Source: an uncultured bacterium | GTDB taxonomy: Bacteria > Zixibacteria > MSB-5A5 > GN15 > FEB-12 | Direction: 5' to 3' | DNA length: 64,000 nucleotides | Assembly: GCA_965372795.1 (NCBI GenBank) | Contig: CBDVDR010000002.1 | Location: forward strand, 192,001-256,000 | Part shown: one piece after another, positions 38,414 through 46,412 of the stretch | How the letters are laid out: every line of letters begins with the position of its first letter | Position numbering within the stretch: the first letter of the stretch is position 1 | Notes under the pieces: generated by a model | Told to the model about the DNA's origin: nothing | The model's database searches: none | Seen by the model: the letters and a program-made list of their open reading frames with translations, nothing else | Program-made: the position numbers and the translations under genes

Positions 38414-39352
38414 ATGAATAAAGATACCATTACAATTCCAGCGGTTCATTCATTCAAGCAGATCCGTGAAAGAGCGGTTGAAAAAGCTAAAGCAAAAAAA
38501 ACTCGGACAGTCTTAGTCGCTCCTCATGAGTCGGCGATGGTGTCATCTTTTGTGAAAGCGGCTAATGAAAATTTGATTGACCCGATAATTATCGGGGATG
38601 AAAACCTTTTTCGCAAAGAAGCCAAGAAAAATTCGATTGATTGTGCTGATTATAAATTTATCGATTTAAATGAACCGGATAAAGCGGTACAAGTTGCCGG
38701 GAAAATGGCAGTCGCCGGCGAGGTTGATCTGATCGTCAAAGGACGGATGTCAGCCGAAGAATTTCTCAAACATCTGTTTGAAAAACAGATCGGGTTTGTG
38801 AAAAGAGGAAAGACAGTTTCCCATATAGGACTATTCCAGCCGAAGCGTTATAAAAAATTACTGATGATTACCGATGGGGCGGTGAATGTTAAAAATGATT
38901 TAAAAACGCTGATTGCTATTACCCAAAATTCGATAAATTTTGCAAAATGTATTGGGATTGATATGCCGCGAATTGCTGTATTGGCTGCGGTTGAGGTTGT
39001 CTATCCTCAAATGGATTCAACTCTCAAGGGAGCGGTGTTGTCAAAGATGGCAGAACGCAACCAGATTAAGAATGCTTATATTGACGGACCGTTATCTTTT
39101 GATTGCGCTATGGATATGGAAGCGGCAATTGGAAAAGGAATTAAAAATTCTGAAGTTGCCGGTCAAGCAGATGTTATGATTGCTCCGGATATTGATACCG
39201 GCAACGGGATTTACAAAGCGATGAGTTTATACGGCGATGTTGAAATGGGAGGAATAGTTATCGGAGGGTTAGTACCGGTGACTTTGTCAGCCTTTATTGA
39301 TAATGAGACGACCCGTTACAATTCGATTCTGATGGGCATTTTAGCCAGCTAA
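38414..39352 (+). CDS. Phosphate butyryltransferase-family protein, paralog 2 (lacks SRxD)
   Basis: ITDGAVN, AVLAAVEVV, DGPLSFD, PDIDTGN; reads LSAFID where LTSRAD is expected. Confidence 0.85.
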   Translation: MNKDTITIPAVHSFKQIRERAVEKAKAKKTRTVLVAPHESAMVSSFVKAANENLIDPIIIGDENLFRKEAKKNSIDCADYKFIDLNEPDKAVQVAGKMAVAGEVDLIVKGRMSAEEFLKHLFEKQIGFVKRGKTVSHIGLFQPKRYKKLLMITDGAVNVKNDLKTLIAITQNSINFAKCIGIDMPRIAVLAAVEVVYPQMDSTLKGAVLSKMAERNQIKNAYIDGPLSFDCAMDMEAAIGKGIKNSEVAGQADVMIAPDIDTGNGIYKAMSLYGDVEMGGIVIGGLVPVTLSAFIDNETTRYNSILMGILAS

Positions 39353-39411
39353 ACTAATGCCGGTTGGTGACTTGTGGAATATGCTGGGTGTCGTCCGGTT
39401 TCATTCTTTTG

Positions 39412-39440
39412 TTGACTATTTCAATTAACTCATGTATTAT
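39412..39440 (+). promoter_or_regulatory. Sigma70-type promoter
   Basis: TTGACT-17 nt-TATTAT. Confidence 0.65.
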
Positions 39441-39474
39441 CATCAGATTAGGTAAAAATTGAAAGGATATTGTT

Positions 39475-40554
39475 TTGAATTATGGTGTGATCTTAGCAGG
39501 TGGTAAAGGTGAGCGGTTTTGGCCCTTATCTCGATCTGAACGCCCGAAACAGTTTCTCAAATTGACATCTGATAAAATGATGCTTGAAGAAACAATAGAT
39601 CGTGTTCTGCCGTTGATTCCTCTTGAAAATATCAGAATCGTAACTAATGAATCAATGAACGGCTTTATTCTTGAGAGTATGCCTGATATGAATCAAAATC
39701 ATATTATTTCTGAACCGATTGGCAAAAACACCTGTATTGCCATCGCACTGGCAGCGGCTCATCTACAGAAAAGTGATCCCGAGGCTGTGATGGTTGTGCT
39801 GTCGGCGGATCATCTGATTAGGCCGGCTGAAAAATTGTTAAGTATACTTGATGTTGCAACTGATATTGCTGTCTCAGAAGAAAAGCTAATCACTATCGGG
39901 ATTGTTCCGACTCGACCGGAAACGGCTTATGGATATATCAAAATGGGCGAACTGTATCGGCAAGAGGGAGGCCATGTTGTTTTTCAGGTAGAAGCCTTTA
40001 CAGAAAAACCAAAAGCTGCAATTGCCAGCCAGTATTATTATAGTCGAAATTATCTTTGGAACAGCGGGATGTTTGTCTGGTCGACTAAGTCTATTTTGAA
40101 TGCGGTAAAAGCACATCAACCGGAAATGTATGAACTTTTAGAAAAGTACACTAAATATATTGGCACACCCGATGAAGCCGACGCCCGTAATAATTTATAT
40201 GAGAATGTTGCCGGAGTCTCAATTGACGTTGCCGTACTTGAACAGGCAGACAATGTTCTGGCAATAAAAGGCGATATCGTTTGGGATGATGTGGGTGGCT
40301 GGAGAGCCCTGGAACGATACAAAGATCGTGATATGGAGAACAATGTTGTTCTGGGTGAAGCAACTCTGCTTGATACTTTTGAAACGACTGTTTACAACGA
40401 TGCTGAGGGTCTTGTTGCCTGTCTTGGTGTTTCAGATCTTGTTGTTGTCAGGTCTGATAATATAACTATGGTAGTGCATAAGACCAGAGTTGATGATATT
40501 AAAAAACTATTAGCTGAACTTGGCAAAGATGAAAAATCTAAAAAATATCTTTAG
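39475..40554 (+). CDS. manC: Mannose-1-phosphate guanylyltransferase
   Basis: ILAGG.GERFWPLSR..RPKQF, EPIGKNT, FTEKP, WNSGMF, WDDVG. Confidence 0.93.
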   Translation: MNYGVILAGGKGERFWPLSRSERPKQFLKLTSDKMMLEETIDRVLPLIPLENIRIVTNESMNGFILESMPDMNQNHIISEPIGKNTCIAIALAAAHLQKSDPEAVMVVLSADHLIRPAEKLLSILDVATDIAVSEEKLITIGIVPTRPETAYGYIKMGELYRQEGGHVVFQVEAFTEKPKAAIASQYYYSRNYLWNSGMFVWSTKSILNAVKAHQPEMYELLEKYTKYIGTPDEADARNNLYENVAGVSIDVAVLEQADNVLAIKGDIVWDDVGGWRALERYKDRDMENNVVLGEATLLDTFETTVYNDAEGLVACLGVSDLVVVRSDNITMVVHKTRVDDIKKLLAELGKDEKSKKYL

Positions 40555-41152
40555 TCTTTATATCCTTTTAGCTTTTCTACTGGCTGGGTGTGGAGGAAAA
40601 GCCGTTCAGGATAATATAATCTCTGAACAACCACAAGAGACCAATACTTCCGATAGGGGTTTTAATCCGCTTGAGCTTTCTGGAGATACTGAGATTATTC
40701 CGGTTAAATTTCCTGCTAAAGGGGAAATCAGAGGTGCGACCGAGATTATTACTCCCGATTCTCTAAATGCGGACTTGACCTTGTCGGTAATAAATGATGT
40801 TCCCAATAATTTTGATACTATGAACAGCCAGGCTTTCCGGGTTCAGATTTTTACAAGTAAACTTTATGGTGACTCCCGAAAGGCGGTTAAGGTTGCGGAA
40901 GAAATCTTTGACCGACCGGTTTTTGTCGATTATGAGGTTCCATATTACAAAGTCCGGGTCGGCAATTTTGCTACTCGGGATGAGGCTGAAGAATATCAAT
41001 TACGAACCAAAGCTGCCGGATACAGTACCGCCTGGGTAGTGATGGTAAATATTGCGGTCAAAGAGACGGCACCTTTATACGATGAAGATTATCCCGAAGA
41101 ATTCGATGAAAGTACAATTATCTACGAAGGAATCGGTCCTGATGAAGACTGA
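40529..41152 (+). CDS. SPOR-domain lipoprotein
   Basis: Lipobox LAGC; FRVQI...PYYKVRVGNF..R.EA. Confidence 0.88.
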   Translation: MKNLKNIFSLYILLAFLLAGCGGKAVQDNIISEQPQETNTSDRGFNPLELSGDTEIIPVKFPAKGEIRGATEIITPDSLNADLTLSVINDVPNNFDTMNSQAFRVQIFTSKLYGDSRKAVKVAEEIFDRPVFVDYEVPYYKVRVGNFATRDEAEEYQLRTKAAGYSTAWVVMVNIAVKETAPLYDEDYPEEFDESTIIYEGIGPDED

Positions 41153-41774
41153 CAAAGTCAGAATCATTGAGGAAAATAATCCCGATCCAGCATTAATAAA
41201 TCAAACTGTCTCAATTTTAAAAAAAGGTGGCATAGTAGTCGCTCCTACTGAAACTCTCTATGGGCTTTTGACCCGTGCCGATGATATACAATCCGTTGAT
41301 CGCTTATATCAAGTCAAAAATCGCCCGAAAGAGATGCCGTGTGCTCTGTTTGTCAATTCATATAATGAAATTTGGGAATATGGAGCTAAAAATGATATGG
41401 CAGCTAAATTAGCTGTAAAATTTCTGCCGGGACCACTCACCCTGATCTTAAAATCGATAGTCAGTTTTCCTGATCAAATTGTAATTTCAGGTAAAATTGG
41501 AGTCAGATTTTCACCTTCAAAATTAATCGGAGATATTTTGGGAAAGCTGGATTTTCCATTAACGGCAACTTCGGCTAATTTGTCGGGGGGAGAAGAAAGT
41601 GACAGTATTGCTAAAATAATTGATACTTTTGGGGATAAAATTGATTTTTATCTCGACTCCGGGGTGAAAAAAGTATTACCTTCAACAGTCGTTGATTGTT
41701 CTTCAGATTTAGTGAAAATCTTAAGAGAAGGAGCAATCACTAATAAAGAAATTTATTCTATTTTGGGAATATGA
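41142..41774 (+). CDS. tsaC: Threonylcarbamoyl-AMP synthase (TsaC/Sua5 domain)
   Basis: PTETLYGL, K.RP, PGPLT, TSANLSG, PSTVVD. Confidence 0.93.
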   Translation: MKTDKVRIIEENNPDPALINQTVSILKKGGIVVAPTETLYGLLTRADDIQSVDRLYQVKNRPKEMPCALFVNSYNEIWEYGAKNDMAAKLAVKFLPGPLTLILKSIVSFPDQIVISGKIGVRFSPSKLIGDILGKLDFPLTATSANLSGGEESDSIAKIIDTFGDKIDFYLDSGVKKVLPSTVVDCSSDLVKILREGAITNKEIYSILGI

Positions 41775-42271
41775 GTAAAAAGTTTGTAATAATGTTTGTT
41801 TGTACCGGCAATACTTGCCGGTCACCGATGGCTGAGGCTGCCCTTACAGTTCTGCTAAACGGTAAACGTCCCGGAAAGGCTGAAGTTATTTCATCGGGTA
41901 CCTCAGCCGCATCTAATTTTCCGGCTACTATGTATGCCATAGAAGCATCAAAAATTTGGGAAGCCGACCTTTCAAAGCATCAATCCAAACCATTGACAAA
42001 AGATCTTATTGATAAATCTGATTTGATTTTTGCGATGACACCCTCGCACTATAGTGATATTATCGCCACAGATAAAAGAGCCGAACGGAAAACATACCTT
42101 TTTAAATTATTCCCCGATACCGGCAGAGATGGTGAAGGGGTGGCTGACCCGATTGGTCGCGAGCTAGAAAAATATAATGAAACATTTTTGGAAATTGGAG
42201 AATGTTTAGGCGAAATGCTTCCGGAGATTGTAAAAAGGATTGATGAAAAAAACGGTAACGACAATGACTAA
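41771..42271 (+). CDS. Low-molecular-weight protein tyrosine/arginine phosphatase
   Basis: CTGNTCRS P-loop; DPIG. Confidence 0.92.
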   Translation: MSKKFVIMFVCTGNTCRSPMAEAALTVLLNGKRPGKAEVISSGTSAASNFPATMYAIEASKIWEADLSKHQSKPLTKDLIDKSDLIFAMTPSHYSDIIATDKRAERKTYLFKLFPDTGRDGEGVADPIGRELEKYNETFLEIGECLGEMLPEIVKRIDEKNGNDND

Positions 42272-43088
42272 TGCTAACAAAATATTTGCCCTATTGCTTT
42301 GTCTGGTTGGCATAGTCCCGCTTTTCTTTTTTGTCTCAATTGAATTGGGAATCGCAGAAGCAAGTGTTGATAGTAGTTTTGAAAAAGCAGGGGAATTTGA
42401 TCCTTTTGTAGAAAATGTTTCTTTTGGTTTAAATGAAAAATTATCTTTCGATATAAATTATGGCTTTGTAAATGCCGGGACAGCGGTGATGGAAGTTGCC
42501 CGTATGATCGAATATAAAAACCGTCCCTGTTATCAAATTGTTACGACTGCTAAGTCGAACAGTTTTTTCTCTACTTTTTATAAAGTAGAAGACCGGGTTG
42601 AGTCGATTGTTGATGCTCTCGGGATATTCAGCTGGCGTTTTGAAAAGAATCTTCGCGAGGGAAGTTATCGCGCCGATAGAATTTATGAATTCGATCAACC
42701 TAAAAATATTGTTTTTTATAAAGAAGATACAATCGCGGTTCCGCCTTTGGTACAAGATGCGATTTCGGTCTTATATTTTATCAGGACTCAAAAGCTTGAA
42801 GTCGGGAAATCTATTTTTGTCGACAATTTTACGGATGGGAAACTTTACCCGCTGGAAGTGAAAATTATCAAAAAAGAACGAATCACAGTTACCGCAGGGA
42901 CTTTTGATTGTATTGTGGTTGAGCCATTAATGCAAAGTGTTGGTGTCTTTAAGCATCAAGGCAAGTTGAAAGTCTGGCTGACGGATGACCGTATTAAAAT
43001 GCCGGTTCAAATGAAATCAAAAGTATTGGTTGGCTCGATAACGGCTGAGCTGACGGATTACCAACTTGGTGAGATTGAAAGTTTCTAA
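42264..43088 (+). CDS. Exported DUF3108-like protein
   Basis: N-terminal hydrophobic segment; VTAGTFDC...VWLTDD..KMPV. Confidence 0.75.
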   Translation: MTNANKIFALLLCLVGIVPLFFFVSIELGIAEASVDSSFEKAGEFDPFVENVSFGLNEKLSFDINYGFVNAGTAVMEVARMIEYKNRPCYQIVTTAKSNSFFSTFYKVEDRVESIVDALGIFSWRFEKNLREGSYRADRIYEFDQPKNIVFYKEDTIAVPPLVQDAISVLYFIRTQKLEVGKSIFVDNFTDGKLYPLEVKIIKKERITVTAGTFDCIVVEPLMQSVGVFKHQGKLKVWLTDDRIKMPVQMKSKVLVGSITAELTDYQLGEIESF

Positions 43089-43089
43089 G

Positions 43090-44040
43090 ATGCCGCAGGG
43101 AAAAAAGAAATTCAAACCGGTTGATCTGAATAAAGTCAAGCGGTACTCCTATTCTAAGCGAACTAATAAAACAAATATCAAAGAATTCGGGAAACCTTTT
43201 AAAAGCGATGACTCTTTTTTTGAGTCGCTTCCAAATTTTTTAAAAGCAAAAGATTTTAACCGGTTTGTGAAACTTGTTCATTCAGCCCGAAAGAAAAATA
43301 AACCATTCCATCTTCTGATGGGTGCCCACATTATCAAAGTCGGCTTATCCCCAATCCTGATTGATTTATTGCATAGAGAGATAGTGACCGGATTTTCATT
43401 CAATTGTGCCGGAGTGATTCATGATCTTGAACTGGCTTTCTGGGGCGGAACTTCTGAGGATGTTCAAAAAGGATTAACCGACGGTTCATTCGGAATGGTG
43501 AAGGAGACGGCCGAACTGTTTGCAAATGTTGTCGATCTGGCTGATGACGAAAATATTGGGCTGGGTGAGGCCTGCGGGAAATATATAAATCTTCATAAAG
43601 CCAAAAACAGAGAGTTGTCTGTTTTTGCTGCTGCCGAAAAGATCGGCTGTCCGGTAACGGTTCATGTAGGTATCGGAACCGACATCGTGGCTCAGCACCC
43701 TGAATTTGATGCTTCCAAAACTGCGGCAGCCTCGCATCTTGATTTCAGAATTCTATCTGATATTTGTGTTGGTGTAAACAGCGGGGGAGTGTTGGCTAAT
43801 ATTGGATCGGCGGTTATTCTTCCGGAAGTATTTTTGAAGGCTTTGACAGTTGCAAGAAATATTACAAAGACCAAAAACAGGCTGACAACAGCCAATTTTG
43901 ATATGATCGTTCATTATCGCCCAATGGAAAATGTGGTCCTCAGACCTACCTTTGAAGCCGGTGAAGGCTTTAGCTTTGTCGGCCATCATGAGATTCTAAT
44001 ACCACTACTGGCGTGGGCATTAAAAGCAAAATTTGAATAG
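43090..44040 (+). CDS. Conserved protein, deoxyhypusine-synthase-like fold
   Basis: GAHIIKVG, IHDLE, TVHVGIGTDI, GSAVILPEVFLKAL, GHHEI. Confidence 0.6.
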   Translation: MPQGKKKFKPVDLNKVKRYSYSKRTNKTNIKEFGKPFKSDDSFFESLPNFLKAKDFNRFVKLVHSARKKNKPFHLLMGAHIIKVGLSPILIDLLHREIVTGFSFNCAGVIHDLELAFWGGTSEDVQKGLTDGSFGMVKETAELFANVVDLADDENIGLGEACGKYINLHKAKNRELSVFAAAEKIGCPVTVHVGIGTDIVAQHPEFDASKTAAASHLDFRILSDICVGVNSGGVLANIGSAVILPEVFLKALTVARNITKTKNRLTTANFDMIVHYRPMENVVLRPTFEAGEGFSFVGHHEILIPLLAWALKAKFE

Positions 44041-44057
44041 AAAGGTGCTTCCTTAGT

Positions 44058-45581
44058 ATGGCTAAGCTCATTGAATGCGTACCGAATTTTTCAGAAGGGC
44101 GTCGTCCCGAAGTTATTAAAGAAATCTGTGATGCAATTTCTTCAGTCGAAGGTGTTACTCTGCTTGCTCATGAGTTGGACCCAGATCATAATCGCGCTGT
44201 GGTAACATTTGTCTGTCACCCTAATCAGGTTGTTGAAGCCGCCTTCAGGGGATATGAAAAAGCGGCTGAACTTATTGATATGACTACTCATAAAGGCGAA
44301 CATCCGCGCATGGGTGCGGTTGACGTATGTCCGTTTATTCCATTGTCAGAAGTTTCAATCGAAGATGCGGTGGAGCTGGCTAATAAGCTGGGTAAAAGAG
44401 TCGGAGAAGAATTACAGATTCCGGTCTATCTTTATGAAGATGCTGCCACAACACCCAAAAGAAAAAATTTAGCGAAAGTTCGTAAAGGGGAATATGAGGG
44501 TATACGTGACTCAATTGAAACCGATCCATTGAGAAAGCCTGACTATGGTCCTTCTAAAATGAATTTGAAAACAGGCTCGACCTCTATTGGAGTAAGATTC
44601 CCGCTGGTAGCATTTAATGTTTATTTGGACACGAATAAAAAATGGATTGCTGATAAAATTGCGGATGCGATCAGATCACTTCGCGGCGGTTATCGGTTTG
44701 TCAAAGCGCTTGGTTTTGAAATCAAAGAACGCGATCAGGTTCAAATTTCGATGAATCTTGTGAATTATACCAAGACTCCGATATTTAGAGTTTTTGAAAC
44801 AATAAAATCCGAAGCTGCACGATATGGGGTCAATGTTGTTTCTTCAGAAATTATCGGTTTGACGCCGAATGATTCGATTTTGGATGTTGCTGATTTTTAT
44901 CTGCGTTTGGAAGGTTTTTCCAAAGACCAAATTCTCGAACAAAAACTACAGGATGCCGGTACCGGTTCAACCGTACAAGATGGTTTTTACGAAGAAGTGG
45001 CATCATCTTCTCCCGCTCCGGGTGGCGGTTCAGTTGCTGCCTCGGCCGGGGCAATCGGAGCAGCACTATCAGCGATGGTGTGTCGTTTGACCGTTGGTAA
45101 AAAGAAATATGCTTCTGTTAAAGAAGAATTAAGCGATATCAGAGATAAAACAGATATTTTGATGGTAGAACTCAAAGAGCTGATCGAAACTGACAAACTT
45201 GCTTTTGATAAAGTTATGGAAGCTTTCGCAATGCCTAAAAGTACTGATGAAGAAAATGAAGCTCGTGATAAAGCGGTTGAAGATGCCAACAAAGGCGCCG
45301 CAGAAGTGCCTCTTACGGTGATGAAGAAATCGCTTGAAGTTTTGATGCTGACTGAGGCTGTGGCGTCTAAAGGAAACGAAAACTCAATCACCGATGCCGG
45401 TGTATCAGGATTGATGGCTATGGCGGCAGTTGAAGGTGCTGATTATAATGTCAGGATTAATCTCACCTCGATAAATGATGTTGATTTTGTTGCTAACATG
45501 AAAAAAGATGCTGCCTCAATCGTAAAACAGGCAAAAGAGCAAACTGATAAAATTAAAGCATTGGTAGAACAGAAACTGTAA
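44058..45581 (+). CDS. ftcd: Glutamate formiminotransferase / formiminoTHF cyclodeaminase (bifunctional)
   Basis: ECVPNFSEGR, HNR.V, HPRMGA.D, PAPGGGSVAA. Confidence 0.95.
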   Translation: MAKLIECVPNFSEGRRPEVIKEICDAISSVEGVTLLAHELDPDHNRAVVTFVCHPNQVVEAAFRGYEKAAELIDMTTHKGEHPRMGAVDVCPFIPLSEVSIEDAVELANKLGKRVGEELQIPVYLYEDAATTPKRKNLAKVRKGEYEGIRDSIETDPLRKPDYGPSKMNLKTGSTSIGVRFPLVAFNVYLDTNKKWIADKIADAIRSLRGGYRFVKALGFEIKERDQVQISMNLVNYTKTPIFRVFETIKSEAARYGVNVVSSEIIGLTPNDSILDVADFYLRLEGFSKDQILEQKLQDAGTGSTVQDGFYEEVASSSPAPGGGSVAASAGAIGAALSAMVCRLTVGKKKYASVKEELSDIRDKTDILMVELKELIETDKLAFDKVMEAFAMPKSTDEENEARDKAVEDANKGAAEVPLTVMKKSLEVLMLTEAVASKGNENSITDAGVSGLMAMAAVEGADYNVRINLTSINDVDFVANMKKDAASIVKQAKEQTDKIKALVEQKL

Positions 45582-46409
45582 ATGCCCGGATATATTGATC
45601 TTCATATGCATACAAATTTCTCGGATGGGTTAAAAAGCCCGTCCGAGATTCTTAATTTGGTTCGAGAATCATCTTTAGAAGCTTTTTCTATTACAGATCA
45701 TGACTCAATTAATGGATACTTAGAGGCAAAAAAGCATATAAGGGATGACGATCCAAAGCTAATCTCCGGAATAGAATTTTCCGTTTCTTTTGAAAATGGC
45801 GATTTACATATGCTGGCTTATGGTTTTGATCCTGAGAATAAATCAATTCTTAACCGAATTGAAGAGTTCAAAGAGAGCCGGATCTTGCGGGCAAAGTTAA
45901 TGGTTGAAAAATTAAATGAACTTGGAGTGGATATTACATTTGAGATGATAGAGGAAATAGCAAACGGCGCCTCAATCGGACGACCACACGTGGCTGAGGC
46001 TATTTTTAAAAGTGGAGCTGTTGGAAGTTACGAAGCTTCATTTGCAAAATATATAGGAAACGGTAAACCGGGATATGTCCCAAAGAAAAATTTCACACCG
46101 GTTGAGGCTATCAATGTTATCCATGAAGCCGGGGGAATAGCAGTTTTGGCTCATCCCGTTATAGATAATAATGACAAACATATTGAAATGCTTGCAGGTT
46201 TAGGCATGGACGGTATAGAAATCTATCATCCGTACCATCGACAGCCTGATAAAGACAGATTGATAAATTTAGCCGACAGATTTCGATTGATTATTACCGG
46301 TGGTTCTGATTATCATGGTCGTGAAGAAAGATTTAGCTTTATCGGGTCTCAGAAAGTTCCGATTAATTGCCTTTTACCTATAGAACAAAAATTAAAAGAA
46401 AGAAGATAA
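45582..46409 (+). CDS. PHP-domain phosphoesterase (TrpH/YciV-like)
   Basis: DLHMHT..SDG, ITDHD, GRPH, LAHP, GGSDYHG. Confidence 0.92.
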   Translation: MPGYIDLHMHTNFSDGLKSPSEILNLVRESSLEAFSITDHDSINGYLEAKKHIRDDDPKLISGIEFSVSFENGDLHMLAYGFDPENKSILNRIEEFKESRILRAKLMVEKLNELGVDITFEMIEEIANGASIGRPHVAEAIFKSGAVGSYEASFAKYIGNGKPGYVPKKNFTPVEAINVIHEAGGIAVLAHPVIDNNDKHIEMLAGLGMDGIEIYHPYHRQPDKDRLINLADRFRLIITGGSDYHGREERFSFIGSQKVPINCLLPIEQKLKERR

Positions 46410-46412
46410 TCT

